Made by a program: the position numbers and the translations under genes. DNA of 64,000 bases from contig CAIWVP010000175.1 in the NCBI GenBank assembly GCA_903916195.1, positions 19,756 through 83,755 of the forward strand. Direction: 5' to 3'. Shown here one piece after another: positions 21,401-31,011 of this stretch (position 1 is its first letter; each line of letters begins with the position of its first letter). Source of the DNA: an uncultured Verrucomicrobiota bacterium. Its GTDB lineage: Bacteria; Verrucomicrobiota; Verrucomicrobiia; Limisphaerales; UBA9464. The notes beneath the pieces were generated by a model. The model was not told where the DNA came from and did not search any database. It saw only the letters and a list, made by a program, of their open reading frames with translations.

Positions 21401-23748
21401 TTGCCGTCGGACGCGTCGGCGGCGCCGGTGACGAGGGGGACGTTGTTGGTGAAGGTCCCGCCGTTGCCAGAACGCTCGAGCGTGAGCGTGAAGCCGGCCG
21501 TTTCGGTCGTGCTGCTCACCTCCACCGTCGCGGTCGCTTGACCGGCGAGCTGCGAATCGACCAACCGGACCGATGCGGTCGCCGGCGACCGATAGGCCTC
21601 GCGGTCCCATGACACGACACCTTCGCCCGGGAGCGGCAACGCACCGGAGATGACCAGCGCGAAATCCTGCTCCGGCGCGCCGACGGTCTTGTGGTGGACG
21701 TCTTGCACCACGTTCTGCGCACGGACCCGGATGATGTACTCGCCGGCCGCGGGGACGCCGATGTGGACGGCCTCGACATTGTTGATCCGGTCGCCGACCG
21801 GTGTGCCGGCCGCGGTCTCGCCATCGGCGAAGGCGTTGCCGCGGAAGACCCGGCCATCGGGGCCGACGACCTCGAGGTCAAGATCGTTGACGAGCGCCGG
21901 GATCGCCGCCGGGAAGCCCGGCACATCGGTGTACACGAGCGTCACCTTGAGTGGGTCGTCCGGTCCGACCACCACGCGCTGCTCGGTGATCTGTCCGGTC
22001 GCGAGCCCTGCGCCTTGGTCGGTGAAGCGGTGGCGCCGTGCCGAGTCGATCAGGTTCACCAGATTGATCCGGCCCCAGCCTTCATCGTTGTTGGGGACCG
22101 GGCCGGTGTCGCCGACGACGATCCCGGTGTCGTCGGCCGTGTCGCTCTCCGGATCAGGGACGACGCCGGTGCCCATGTCGTCGGCCGAATTGATGAGCAG
22201 CGCCTTCACCAGCGCGGGCGAAGGCGTCGCCCCGTTGTGGGTGGAGCGGTACCACTGGATGGCGATGGCGCAGGCGCCGCTCGCGTGCGGTCCGGCCTGC
22301 GAGGTGCCGCCTTGGTACATGTAGAGGTCGCTGATCGGGCCCCAGGCGTTGTTGTCGTTGGCGAAGACGGACCGGAGCGAAGAGATCCACGTGCCGGGCG
22401 CGACGATGTCGGGCTTGATCCGGCCGTCCTCGCACGGGCCCCGGCTGGAGAAGTCGGCGATCACCTCTTGGCCTGAATCGTAGATACCGAAGCCGAAGCG
22501 GTTGTTGTCGGTCGCGCCGGTGGCGATGACGTTCTTGGCCACCGCCGGGCTGCCGACGGTCTGTCCTCCGGGGCCGGCGTTGCCGTTGCTGAACTCGAGC
22601 ACGTACGGCTGCTCGCCGGGGACGTCCGGATCGGCGTCGCGGACGAGCGCGTCGAACTCCGCGGCGCTCAGGTCGTACTGGCCCGCGGTGTCGTCGCCCC
22701 ATGAGTTCGACCCGACGTAGGCGCCGCTGCGGACGGCGTCCTGCGTCAGCTTCGCATAGCTCGCCGGCGGATGGTAATCGCCTGCGCCGTCAAAGATCCG
22801 TTGGGCGACGATATGCGCACCAGGTGCGACACCGAGACCCCAGAGGTGACCTTCGTCGTCCTTCTCTCCGCTGGCACCGTTGCCTGCGACGATGCCTGCG
22901 ACGTGCGTGCCGTGGCTGTGCTCGTCGCTGGCGTCGGGAAGACCGTCATAGGCGAAGAGAGCATCGACCCGGCCGGCGAGGTCGGGGTGGAGGTCGGTCG
23001 CGTCGCCGGAATCGAGCCCGGAATCGGCGACCGCGACCGTCACGCCGCGACCGTCGAAGCCCAGCTGATGGACATGCGCGAGCGTGCCGGGACCGGTGGT
23101 CTCGCCGGCGATGATCTTGGTCGCGACCTCGTCCACCAGCTTCATCCGCGGGGCCCGCTCGATCCAGACCACGGCATCCGACCGCGCCAGCCATGCGATC
23201 TGACGCGCGCCCGCGATCCCGTCCACGAAGGTCCCGACGCTCAGCGACCGGGGCGTCACCGCGCTCCGGAGCGCCCGGGTCACGGACAGGATCTCGACCG
23301 GCGTCGCCCCTGGACGCAGGAGCAGCTTCACCGGGATCTCTTTGCCGAGATCCTCGGCCAGCGCCGCGGTCAGCGATGGATGCAGCTTGTGCCGAGGTTC
23401 GTACGGCCCGATCCAGCGGATGTATCCGGACCCGCGCAATGCTTGGAGCCGCACGCCGTCCAGCCTCGCGACGAACGCGTCGTCCGGCACGAAGCTCAGC
23501 AGCTCCACGCCGCGTTCGCGCAGCTCATCGCGCCAAGCGGCCTGGAGATGGTTGGTGAACTGGAGGAGGAAGAGCCCGGTGACCGGCGGCACCGATAGGT
23601 CCGGGGCGACGGTCTTGGCGGCGTGGATCGCGGCGGGCGCCGGGGTGTTGATGACGCCGTTCCGCAGCCGGATGGACCGCGTGTCTTGCCCAAGCAAGAT
23701 GCCCAGGGACAAAACGGCCACGACAACCGATCCGAGCAGGCGTTTCAC
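18493..23748 (-). CDS. very large secreted S8 (subtilisin-family) serine peptidase with multiple Fn3-like beta-sandwich domains and a C-terminal Asp-rich Ca-binding-like segment
   Basis: 1751 aa. Catalytic motifs AVADSGLD, HGTHVAGIVAG and GGTSQAGPHASG. Repeated VRWTTGEPADSRVYFG / ITWTTDKPADALVRFG modules. C-terminal DSDGDGATD. Confidence 0.85.
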   Translation of the reverse strand: MKRLLGSVVVAVLSLGILLGQDTRSIRLRNGVINTPAPAAIHAAKTVAPDLSVPPVTGLFLLQFTNHLQAAWRDELRERGVELLSFVPDDAFVARLDGVRLQALRGSGYIRWIGPYEPRHKLHPSLTAALAEDLGKEIPVKLLLRPGATPVEILSVTRALRSAVTPRSLSVGTFVDGIAGARQIAWLARSDAVVWIERAPRMKLVDEVATKIIAGETTGPGTLAHVHQLGFDGRGVTVAVADSGLDSGDATDLHPDLAGRVDALFAYDGLPDASDEHSHGTHVAGIVAGNGASGEKDDEGHLWGLGVAPGAHIVAQRIFDGAGDYHPPASYAKLTQDAVRSGAYVGSNSWGDDTAGQYDLSAAEFDALVRDADPDVPGEQPYVLEFSNGNAGPGGQTVGSPAVAKNVIATGATDNNRFGFGIYDSGQEVIADFSSRGPCEDGRIKPDIVAPGTWISSLRSVFANDNNAWGPISDLYMYQGGTSQAGPHASGACAIAIQWYRSTHNGATPSPALVKALLINSADDMGTGVVPDPESDTADDTGIVVGDTGPVPNNDEGWGRINLVNLIDSARRHRFTDQGAGLATGQITEQRVVVGPDDPLKVTLVYTDVPGFPAAIPALVNDLDLEVVGPDGRVFRGNAFADGETAAGTPVGDRINNVEAVHIGVPAAGEYIIRVRAQNVVQDVHHKTVGAPEQDFALVISGALPLPGEGVVSWDREAYRSPATASVRLVDSQLAGQATATVEVSSTTETAGFTLTLERSGNGGTFTNNVPLVTGAADASDGKLSAGDGDEITVVYVDAQPAGERRAVAKVDARPPLISDVAVANGFGRTSVRWTTGEPADSRVYFGTTNAVTNLVSDVSFRAQHALALPQLVGGETYFCRIVSADPAGNSSTNDNGGRFFRFVGPKPANALLVYSPETLFAPGGLLGDTPYPGIETWTAPLDALGLDYEVWDTGVVGRPPGVTDLRAFRLVLWRPEELSAPAPGLTTAITSYLQEGGALFVSSGDLLTRLKEKGATNFISGVLHVASFQEDQGANSIKAVPGDPVGGAIALDLDYGAFPSGFVIELLGLDWTTVADHLSVASDAAPVFLQERDRVVGSRFPKTGQDAKGRVVFNAFALEAVPADGPAPDNRTTLIADAVRFLAPDLAGGSTIAFDAPAYTVPSSVVVEATDSARAGTGEVKARLTSTSLPGSVDITLAETARRGVFRGQFVLTDVQGTGTLPRYLAKDGDIVRIAYVDAAKVESAVTARVDTVKPVIADIAVDPAYNEAVITWTTDKPADALVRFGESGGDDSFLTRSAYVAESATDHEVQVTGLLPDKPYFFQVVSRDVAGNITTDSAGGKFHTFRTLKPITPPWTDDLEKGRAGWVVLDDSGGTGAALPGDDEGGGDLVASGWDLGVPVNGRGAAAHSGTHVWATNLRGNAVDFAISDLISPSVSLVGGNKATLTFWQNHDFSSAAGGAGDEDDPFGDYVIEAAQVALTTDNGGTWKDLYTASDETSAGWEQVEVDLTRFVGKVVRFRFNYQLFSFSASARLGWMIDDVHVDMDTVASTEVVVNNNLAQAAFTLSGPTNNVIEGVGTAFRTNVPPGIYVVTWRPVPFYTTPATRTNVLGDSTNALTFTGTYTFADVNKNGISDAWEQWFFGAVGAGYNGLVDSDGDGATDIEEWHAGTSPKDAASRLRVSLPETLLNGTVRFTWDAATGRTYALETSNDLLAWVRVSDLTRATGGPLSVTLPALDPRLPYFFRVVVTP

Positions 23749-23817
23749 GAGGGAACACTAGCCAGAGCCGTGCCGGAAACAAGGAACCGCCCGGGCATCG
23801 GGCCGATGCCGTTGTGT

Positions 23818-25224
23818 TCAGAGCGCGGCTTCAGGGTCGAACGGCCACTTCGCCGTCGCCTTGGCCCAACCGAGATAGCCGATGACGCCCAGCGCCATCG
23901 CGCCGAGCGCGAAGCCGATCACCTTCGGCGGCGTGGTCGCGAACACCAGCAGCCAGCCCGCGCCGGCGACCAACAAGGGCAACGGATAGAGCCAGACCTT
24001 GTACGGCCGAGGCAGGGAAGGAGCGATCCGCCGCAACAGCACGAGCGCAACGATCTGCCCGACGAACTGGATCAGGATCCGCGCCGCGATGAGGGTGTCG
24101 ATCACCACGCCGAGCGACACGAAGCTCGCCGCGATGGAGAGCCCGCCGAGCACGAGCAGCGAGACGTGCGGGAAGTGCTTCGTGGGATGCAGCCGGCCGA
24201 AGACGCGGAAGAACGTGCCGTCCTGCGCCGCTGCGTACGGGATGCGGGAATAGCCGAGCAACAGCGCGGACACCGACCCGAGCGCGGTCCACACCACCAT
24301 CAGGGTGAAGACGCCCGCAGCCGTCCTGCCGTAGAGCCGTTCGACGAAGACCGATGCGATGAAGTTGGCGATCTCGGGATGCTGGTCGGCCGGCACGAAC
24401 TCGCGCCACGACACCACGCCGTTGATGCCGAGGTTGATGCCGATGTAGATGACCGCGACCACGACGAGGCTGGTGATGACCGAGCGCGGGATGGTCCGGC
24501 CGGGATCCTTCACCTCGTCCCCCAGGTAGCAGATATCGTAGTAGCCGAGGAAATCATAGAGACCCACCCGTGCCGCCGCGCCGAGGCCGAGCAAGAAGCC
24601 GGAAGAGAAGGCCCACGGGTTGGCCGGAAAGTCGAAGGCCTTGTGCGGGTCGAAGTTCATGGCGCCGCCCACGAGCACCACGGCCACGGTGAGCATGATG
24701 CCGGCCCACAGCACGACCATGAGTTTCCCGAGGCTGCCGATCGGCCGCCAGAGCAGGCCGATGTTCAGCAACCCGATACCCACGACGACCGCACCGCCCT
24801 TCCAGGTCAGGCCGCCGCCCGTGGTCATCCCCGGCCAAAGATAGTCGAGATACTGCGCGACGCCGATGTAACCCGAGGCGATCTCCATCGGACCGCTGAT
24901 GATGAACTGCCAGATGAAGAGGAAGGCCATCAGACGCCCCCATGTCCGCGGACCGAACCCTTCGCGCAGCCACCGGTACGTGCCGCCGGATCCCGGAAGC
25001 GCGGCGCCCAGTTCGCTCCAGACGAGCGCATCGGGCAAGGTGATGGCCAGCGCCACGAGCCAACCGAGCAACGACTGTGGTCCGCCGAGCGCGGACATGA
25101 GCAGGGGGATGGTGATGAACGGCCCCACGCCGATCATGTTGGCCATGTTCAGCGCGGTCGCCGGGAACAGCGTGAGGCGGCGCTCCAAGGGCGCGGCGAC
25201 GGTCGGCATGGTTTCCGGGCTCAC
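23818..25224 (-). CDS. APC-family amino acid permease
   Basis: About 12 TM helices. N-terminal ALNMANMIGVGPFITIP...GSGGTYRWL is typical of the APC superfamily. Confidence 0.8.
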   Translation of the reverse strand: MSPETMPTVAAPLERRLTLFPATALNMANMIGVGPFITIPLLMSALGGPQSLLGWLVALAITLPDALVWSELGAALPGSGGTYRWLREGFGPRTWGRLMAFLFIWQFIISGPMEIASGYIGVAQYLDYLWPGMTTGGGLTWKGGAVVVGIGLLNIGLLWRPIGSLGKLMVVLWAGIMLTVAVVLVGGAMNFDPHKAFDFPANPWAFSSGFLLGLGAAARVGLYDFLGYYDICYLGDEVKDPGRTIPRSVITSLVVVAVIYIGINLGINGVVSWREFVPADQHPEIANFIASVFVERLYGRTAAGVFTLMVVWTALGSVSALLLGYSRIPYAAAQDGTFFRVFGRLHPTKHFPHVSLLVLGGLSIAASFVSLGVVIDTLIAARILIQFVGQIVALVLLRRIAPSLPRPYKVWLYPLPLLVAGAGWLLVFATTPPKVIGFALGAMALGVIGYLGWAKATAKWPFDPEAAL

Positions 25225-25657
25225 CTCCGGATCGTGCCATCAGGGCTCCGCTGGCTCTAAACATATTTGGCGACCCCATGAGCCGTCAGGACGGATCGAC
25301 GCCCCGCCAGGGTGCCTCGCTTCGCCCGAAGATATGAAAGGTCCGGCCCGTCTCGGCACCGCGCTCACCATCGCGACCCGGACCGCGGTGGCCAGGGATC
25401 TTCCGGTCATCACGCTCCCGGAGCGTGAGCAAGCCGTCGCCGAGAAGCGGGTCGCGCTCATCGAGGTGAACGCCACGCTTGTCCGGGACCAAGGCCACAT
25501 CCGGTGGCGCCCTCGGGTTCCTCAACCAACCCGGTGCGTCTCGCCGAGATGCTCCCTGCGGACAAGAGCGCGCTCGTCGTCGTCTATCGTCGCATCGGTC
25601 CACCGCCGACTGCCTTCGCACCGCGGCCTTCCTGGTCGAGGACTCCGGACAACGCCT

Positions 25658-26356
25658 TCACCAGCACAGCACGGTCAGCTTCTTCGGCCCGTGCGCGCCA
25701 AGGACGAGGATGCGCTCGATGTCGCCGGTCCGGCTCGGTCCGGTGATGAAGGAGATCATGCTCGGATAGCCGGTGCCGTAGGTCTCCTGCACCCGGGCGA
25801 ACGCCGCGGTCAGGTCGCGCACGAGCTGGTCGCGCGTCGCGACCACGACATGGTGCGGCGGCAGCACGCTCAAGGCGCGTCCGCCGGCGCTGCGGTTGGT
25901 GACGACCACCGTGCCCGTCTGCGCCACCAGGACGTCGCAGCCGGAGATGCCCACGTCGCAGGATTCGAGGGCGTCCACGTCGTAGCCTTCGTCGGTATGG
26001 ATGACCGGCAAACCGAGCGAGGCCGCGGCGGCGGATGGCTGCTCGGCCCGGTGCGTCGCGACCGACTTCCAACCTTCCGTGTCGCGGATCCGCGCCAGCT
26101 CGGTGAACGCTTCGTCGCGGCTGCCGACGAACCGGAAATCCGTCTTCAGCTCGGTGGACGCGGCGCGGAAGCGCACGACCTGTTCCTCGAAGGTGTCGCC
26201 GCCGGGCGGCATCCAGCCGCGGGCGACGTGGACCGGCCGGCCTTTGAACGAGGTGTGCGGGGCCTGACCTCCGTGGGCGTCGTGCGCGCCGGGATGCGGC
26301 GCCGGAACGGTCAAGGCCTCGCGGATGCGGCCCAGGATCTTTTCGCGTCCGGTCAT
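25658..26356 (-). CDS. lutC: lactate utilization protein C (LUD domain)
   Basis: Reads MTGREKILGRIREAL...CDVGISGCDVLVAQTGTVVV...ISFITGPSRTGDIE. Overlaps lutB by 4 nt. Confidence 0.75.
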   Translation of the reverse strand: MTGREKILGRIREALTVPAPHPGAHDAHGGQAPHTSFKGRPVHVARGWMPPGGDTFEEQVVRFRAASTELKTDFRFVGSRDEAFTELARIRDTEGWKSVATHRAEQPSAAAASLGLPVIHTDEGYDVDALESCDVGISGCDVLVAQTGTVVVTNRSAGGRALSVLPPHHVVVATRDQLVRDLTAAFARVQETYGTGYPSMISFITGPSRTGDIERILVLGAHGPKKLTVLCW

Positions 26357-27747
26357 CGGCGTTCCTCCCACCATTCTTTGAAGCTCTGCTCCGGCATCGG
26401 CGGCAGGTCGCGCGATCCGGTCCACGCGCGGGCCGGGTCGAGCGGCGTGTTGCGGATGAGTTTCTGCAAAGGCTCGGTCAGGCGGCCGGCTTCTTTGGCG
26501 AAGCGGTAGAGCCCGGGTCGGTTGATGACGAAGGCGAACAGCCGGTAGGCCAGCCGCTCGAAGAACGACGGTTCGCCGAACGCGGCGTTGCGGCGGTTCC
26601 GCAGCAGGTGGTGGTGCAGGTCGATCTTCACCGGGCACGCCTCGGTGCACGCGCCGCAGAGCGACGACGAGCCGGAGAGATGTTTCCAATCCTGCAGACC
26701 GCGCAGGTGCGGCGTGATCACGCTGCCGACCGGGCCGCTGTAGGTCGTGCCGTAGGTGTGGCCGCCGACGTTCTTGAAGATGGGGCAGACGTTGAGGCAC
26801 GCGCCGCAGCGGATGCAGTGGAGGGCGTCGCGCTGTTCCGGATCGGCGAGCAGCTCGGTGCGGCGGTTGTCGAGCAGCACGACGTGGTATTCCTCCGGAC
26901 CGTCGCATTCGCCCGGCTGGCGCGGACCGCCGTACATCGTGTTGTAGCCGGTGATGGTCTGGCCGGCGCCGGCGGTCGCGAGCATCGGCAGGAAGAGCGC
27001 CAGGTCCTCCAGCTTCGGCAGCACCTTCTCGATGCCGACCAGCGTGATCATCGTCTTCGGCAGCGCGGCGGTGAGGCGGGCGTTGCCCTCGTTCTCCGTG
27101 ATGGAGATCATGCCCGTCTCGGCGATGGCGAAGTTCGCGCCGGTGATGCCCACGTCGGCCGTGATGTATTTCCGGCGAAGCGCGCGGCGGGCGATCATCG
27201 TCAGCTCTTCCGGCTCCCGGGTGGACGCGCTGCCGAGCTCCTTCTGGAACAGCTCGTTGATGTCGTCGCGCGTGAGGTGCATCGCCGGGAAGACGATGTG
27301 GTAGGGCGGCTCGTGGCGGAGCTGGACGATGAACTCGCCGAGATCCGATTCGACCACCTCGTAGCCGGCCTTCTCCATCGCGTCGTTGAGATGGATCTCC
27401 TCGGCGGTCATCGCCTTGGACTTGATGATGGAGCGGGCGCCTTTCGACCGGATGATGCCGAGGATGATCTCGCGGGCCTCTGCGGCGTTGCCCGCCCAAT
27501 GGACCTGGGTGCCGCGCGCCTCCATCTTGTCGGCGAATTCGGCGAGATAGGTGTCGAGGTGGTTGATGGCGTCCCACTTCGTCTCCGCGGCGGCCTGGCG
27601 GGCGGATTGCCAATCGTTGAAGGCGGCCTTCTTCCGGTCGCGCGCGGTCTCGTATTTGCGCAGCGCGGTCTGGATGAGCCCGCGATGGCGCAGGTCGCGG
27701 GTGACGACCCGGGCCTGGGCGAGGAAATCTTGGACGTGCGTGGTCAT
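26353..27747 (-). CDS. lutB: lactate utilization iron-sulfur protein B
   Basis: 464 aa. Contains ITGANFAIAETG, CIRCGACLNVCP and CGACTEACP (two 4Fe-4S motifs). Start at Met231 of the track ORF. Confidence 0.85.
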   Translation of the reverse strand: MTTHVQDFLAQARVVTRDLRHRGLIQTALRKYETARDRKKAAFNDWQSARQAAAETKWDAINHLDTYLAEFADKMEARGTQVHWAGNAAEAREIILGIIRSKGARSIIKSKAMTAEEIHLNDAMEKAGYEVVESDLGEFIVQLRHEPPYHIVFPAMHLTRDDINELFQKELGSASTREPEELTMIARRALRRKYITADVGITGANFAIAETGMISITENEGNARLTAALPKTMITLVGIEKVLPKLEDLALFLPMLATAGAGQTITGYNTMYGGPRQPGECDGPEEYHVVLLDNRRTELLADPEQRDALHCIRCGACLNVCPIFKNVGGHTYGTTYSGPVGSVITPHLRGLQDWKHLSGSSSLCGACTEACPVKIDLHHHLLRNRRNAAFGEPSFFERLAYRLFAFVINRPGLYRFAKEAGRLTEPLQKLIRNTPLDPARAWTGSRDLPPMPEQSFKEWWEERR

Positions 27748-28460
27748 CGCTGCGCGAGGATCTCGGCCAGATGGAGGGTCTTGATCGGGCTGCCTTGGCG
27801 GCTGAGCAGGCCTTGCACGTGCATGAGGCAGCTCGAATCGTTCGACACGATGTAGTCCGCCCCGGTCTCGGCCGCGCCGGCGCACTTCACCTCGCCCATC
27901 GCGGTGGAGATCATCGGGAACTTCGCGGAGAACGTCCCGCCGAAGCCGCAGCAGGTCTCGGCGTCGGCCATCTCGACCAGCTCGAGGCCTTGCACCTTTT
28001 CCAGCAGCCGGCGCGGCGCGGTCTTGATGCCCAGCTCGCGCAGCCCGTGGCAGCCGTCGTGGAAGGTCACTTTCGCCGGGAACCGCGCGCCGAGATCGGT
28101 CACGCCGAGCTTGTCGGCGAGGAAGCTCGAGAACTCCCAGACCTTCGGCGACAGCGCCTTGGCCGCCTCCGCCTGCGCTGTCTCCGCGAAGAGCTGCGGA
28201 TAGAACACCTTCAGCATCGCGCCGCAGGAACCCGACGCGATCACCACCACCTCGGCGTCCTGCAACCGGCGCAGCACCGGCCCGGCGACCTCGCGCGCCT
28301 CGGGCCAGTAACCGGAGTTGAAGGCGGGCTGGCCGCAGCAGGCGATCTCCTCGGGACACACGACCCGGTGGCCGAGGCGTTCGAGGATCCGGACCATGCT
28401 GATGCCGACGCCCGGGTAGAGCGAATCGACGAAGCACGGGATGAACAGGGTGACGGTCAT
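27744..28460 (-). CDS. lutA: lactate utilization protein A (CCG-domain Fe-S oxidoreductase)
   Basis: Reads MTVTLFIPCFVDSLYPGVG...CCGQPAFNSGY...CCGFGGTFS...SNDSSCLMH. Confidence 0.85.
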   Translation of the reverse strand: MTVTLFIPCFVDSLYPGVGISMVRILERLGHRVVCPEEIACCGQPAFNSGYWPEAREVAGPVLRRLQDAEVVVIASGSCGAMLKVFYPQLFAETAQAEAAKALSPKVWEFSSFLADKLGVTDLGARFPAKVTFHDGCHGLRELGIKTAPRRLLEKVQGLELVEMADAETCCGFGGTFSAKFPMISTAMGEVKCAGAAETGADYIVSNDSSCLMHVQGLLSRQGSPIKTLHLAEILAQR

Positions 28461-28466
28461 GTGCGG

Positions 28467-28787
28467 TTACGCGCGGCCAATATGGAACACCTCGGGCAGC
28501 TCGCGCGAGACCGGACTATCGTCGGCGTTCACCGGCATGAGCTCGCGCATGTGCGCCCACCAGCGGCGGCAGACCTCGGTCGCGGCGATGGCGGTCCACT
28601 GCGCCTCGTCCGCGAACTCCACGTAGGCGAAGAGCTGCCGGGTGTCCGCTTGGAAGAAGATCGAGTAGGTCGCGACCCCGTGCGCGAGGAGCACCGATTC
28701 GAGCTCCGGCCATATCGGCTGGTGACGCCGGATGTATCCGGCCTCATGCCCCGGATGCACGGACATGACGAAGGCTTTGCGGATCAT
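28467..28787 (-). CDS. rhaM: L-rhamnose mutarotase
   Basis: 106 aa: MIRKAFVMSVHPGHEAGYIRRHQPIWPELESVLLAHGVATYSIF...FAYVEF...WWAHM. Confidence 0.85.
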   Translation of the reverse strand: MIRKAFVMSVHPGHEAGYIRRHQPIWPELESVLLAHGVATYSIFFQADTRQLFAYVEFADEAQWTAIAATEVCRRWWAHMRELMPVNADDSPVSRELPEVFHIGRA

Positions 28788-28885
28788 GGTCCCACATTGT
28801 CGCCGGTCGCTCCTGTCCGCAACCGGGACCAAGAAGCACCGGGACCAAGAAGCACCGGACATGGAGGCCTCGACGGCCGACCTGC

Positions 28886-29923
28886 TCAGAAATCGAACTG
28901 GTCGATGTTCTCTTTCGTGAACTTGAACGGTTCGCCGAGCAGGATGTTGTCGCCGACGATCCGGAACTCGCCGAGCTTGCCGCCCTTGAACGACGTCGCG
29001 CCGGCCTTCAGTTCGCCCTTCGCCAAAGCCGCCGCCGCCTGCACGGTCAGGTAGCCGAGGTCCACCGTCTTCCAGAGGATCACCGTGTCGGTCGTGCCGT
29101 CCTTCAGGTAGCGCCGGTTCTCGTTGGGCAGCCCGAGGCCGATGACCTTCACCTTGCCCGCCTTGCCCGCTTGCTTGACGGCTTCGGCCGCGCCGGGGAC
29201 CGCGGGCGAACAGATGTTCATCAGCAGCTTCAGGTGGGGATAGGCGCCGAGCAACGTCGTCGCCTCGGCCTGGGCCTTGTCCTTGAGGTCGTCGCAGGGG
29301 CGGAGCGCCACCATCTTCATGCCGGGATGCTTCGCCATGCGGCGCGCTTCGATGAACTTCTGCCACTCGATCATGTTCTGCGCGGTGAGCGAGGCGGTGA
29401 TGATGGCGAACTCGCCGGTGCCGCCGCAGAGCCGGGCCGCTTCGTCCATCAGCGCGTTGCCGATGCCCTCGGGCGTGGCCTGGTTCACGAAGAAATCGCG
29501 GGTGGCGGGCTCCGCGTCGGAATCGAAGGTGACGATCTTGATGCCTTTGTCCTTCGCCCGCTTCAGCGCCGTGGAGATGCCGTCCTTGTTCTCGCAGGCG
29601 ACCGCGATGACATCGACGCCGAGCGTGATCCAGTTCTCGATGATCTCGTTCTGTTTGGCGGGATCGGGGCTGACCGGTCCGTCGAAGATCAGTTCCGCGC
29701 CGAGATCCTTGGCCGCTTGGTCGGCGCCTTGTTTGCACGAGACGAAGTAGCCGTTGCCCTTCGATTTCGGCATGAACGCGATGGTCAGGCGTTTGCCGGC
29801 CGGGGCTCCGCCCGACGGAGCGGCACCGGTATCGGGCCCGGATCTGGAGCAGCCCGTGAGCAGGGCGAGCCCGACGCAAAGGAAGAGCGCGAAGGAACGG
29901 AACATAGGTGTGTGCCGGTTCAT
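28886..29923 (-). CDS. rhaS: rhamnose-type ABC transporter substrate-binding lipoprotein
   Basis: Lipobox LLTGC. Periplasmic sugar-binding fold (IAFMPKSKGNGYFVSC...GIKIVTFDSD). Sits between the rhaM and permease genes. Confidence 0.65.
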   Translation of the reverse strand: MNRHTPMFRSFALFLCVGLALLTGCSRSGPDTGAAPSGGAPAGKRLTIAFMPKSKGNGYFVSCKQGADQAAKDLGAELIFDGPVSPDPAKQNEIIENWITLGVDVIAVACENKDGISTALKRAKDKGIKIVTFDSDAEPATRDFFVNQATPEGIGNALMDEAARLCGGTGEFAIITASLTAQNMIEWQKFIEARRMAKHPGMKMVALRPCDDLKDKAQAEATTLLGAYPHLKLLMNICSPAVPGAAEAVKQAGKAGKVKVIGLGLPNENRRYLKDGTTDTVILWKTVDLGYLTVQAAAALAKGELKAGATSFKGGKLGEFRIVGDNILLGEPFKFTKENIDQFDF

Positions 29924-29997
29924 CTATCCGAGTCGGGACGGCGAGCGAAGCGCAAATCTTCGTCGACAGCCCGTCTTCCGACGTCGGGCACGACCGC

Positions 29998-31002
29998 TCA
30001 CGGCAGGACCGGTGCCGGGTCCTTGCGCGAACGCCGGTCGACGAACCACTTCGGCACCGCTCCGCCGGCGAGGGCGAGCACGAGCAACACGCCGGTCAGC
30101 AACCCGGACAGCTCGCCGGCGTTGCTCATCGTCGCAGGGACGCGGGAGAGCCCGTTGCCGAGCACCGCGATGGCGGCGACGCCGAGCAACGTCCCGTGCA
30201 CCGAGCCGATGCCGCCGAAGATGCTGGTGCCGCCGAGCACGACCGCGGTGATGGCGGCCAGTTCGTAGCCCGTCCCCGCATCGGCCTTGGCGGTGCCGAA
30301 CCGCGCGGTGTAGGTGATGGCCGCCAACGCCGCCACGGTGCCCGCGAGCACGTGGGCGAAGGCCAACCGGCGTCCGACCGGCAAACCGGCGTAGCGCGCC
30401 CCCTCCGGCGCGAACCCGATCGCCCGCCACGATCGTCCGAAGGTCGTCCGGTGCACCAGCAGCCACATCGCCACCGCAACGGACACGAAGATCCACGCCT
30501 GCGCCGGGATCCCCGCGATACGTCCGGTGCCGAGGAAGAGGAACGTAGGCGGGAAGCGGGTGAACGCGTCCGTGCCGTGGGTGATCGCCTCGGCGAGGCC
30601 GCGGAACAAGGAATAGGTCCCGAGCGTCACGATGAGCGGCGGCAACCGGAGCGTGGTGATGAGCAGCGCGTTCACGCCGCCGGCCGTCGCGCCGATGCCG
30701 AGTGTCGCCACCGCGGCGACCTCCCAGTGCAGACCGCCGTCGCGCCACAGCTTGCCGAACAACACCGCGCACAGCCCGAGCGTGGAGCCGACCGAGAGAT
30801 CGATCCCGCCGGCGAGCACGACCGGCATCATCACCAGCGCGAGCAACCCGATCTCCACCGAGTGGCGCACGATGTTCGCGAGGTTGTCCGGCGTGCCGAA
30901 GTTGCGGCCGGCGACCCCGAAGAAGAGGAATTCCGCCACGAGCACGGCCAGCAGCACGGTCTCGTGCCGCAGCAGCATCCGGGTCTTGGGAGGAAGGTTC
31001 AT
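29998..31002 (-). CDS. rhaQ: sugar ABC transporter permease
   Basis: Multi-TM protein of the ribose/rhamnose permease family. The symbol is assigned only from gene order (T-P-Q). Confidence 0.6.
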   Translation of the reverse strand: MNLPPKTRMLLRHETVLLAVLVAEFLFFGVAGRNFGTPDNLANIVRHSVEIGLLALVMMPVVLAGGIDLSVGSTLGLCAVLFGKLWRDGGLHWEVAAVATLGIGATAGGVNALLITTLRLPPLIVTLGTYSLFRGLAEAITHGTDAFTRFPPTFLFLGTGRIAGIPAQAWIFVSVAVAMWLLVHRTTFGRSWRAIGFAPEGARYAGLPVGRRLAFAHVLAGTVAALAAITYTARFGTAKADAGTGYELAAITAVVLGGTSIFGGIGSVHGTLLGVAAIAVLGNGLSRVPATMSNAGELSGLLTGVLLVLALAGGAVPKWFVDRRSRKDPAPVLP

Positions 31003-31011
31003 CGCGTGGGC

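Noticed and set aside
25225-25657. A riboswitch or leader for the APC permease, or a small regulator gene between lutC and the permease
   Set aside because: I could not recognise a glycine, lysine or other riboswitch core. A plus-strand stretch (MKGPARLGTALTIATRTAVARDLPVITLPEREQAVAEKRVALIEVNATLVRDQGH) looks protein-like but breaks into other frames and matches no family I can name. It may be a gene relic and is left unannotated.
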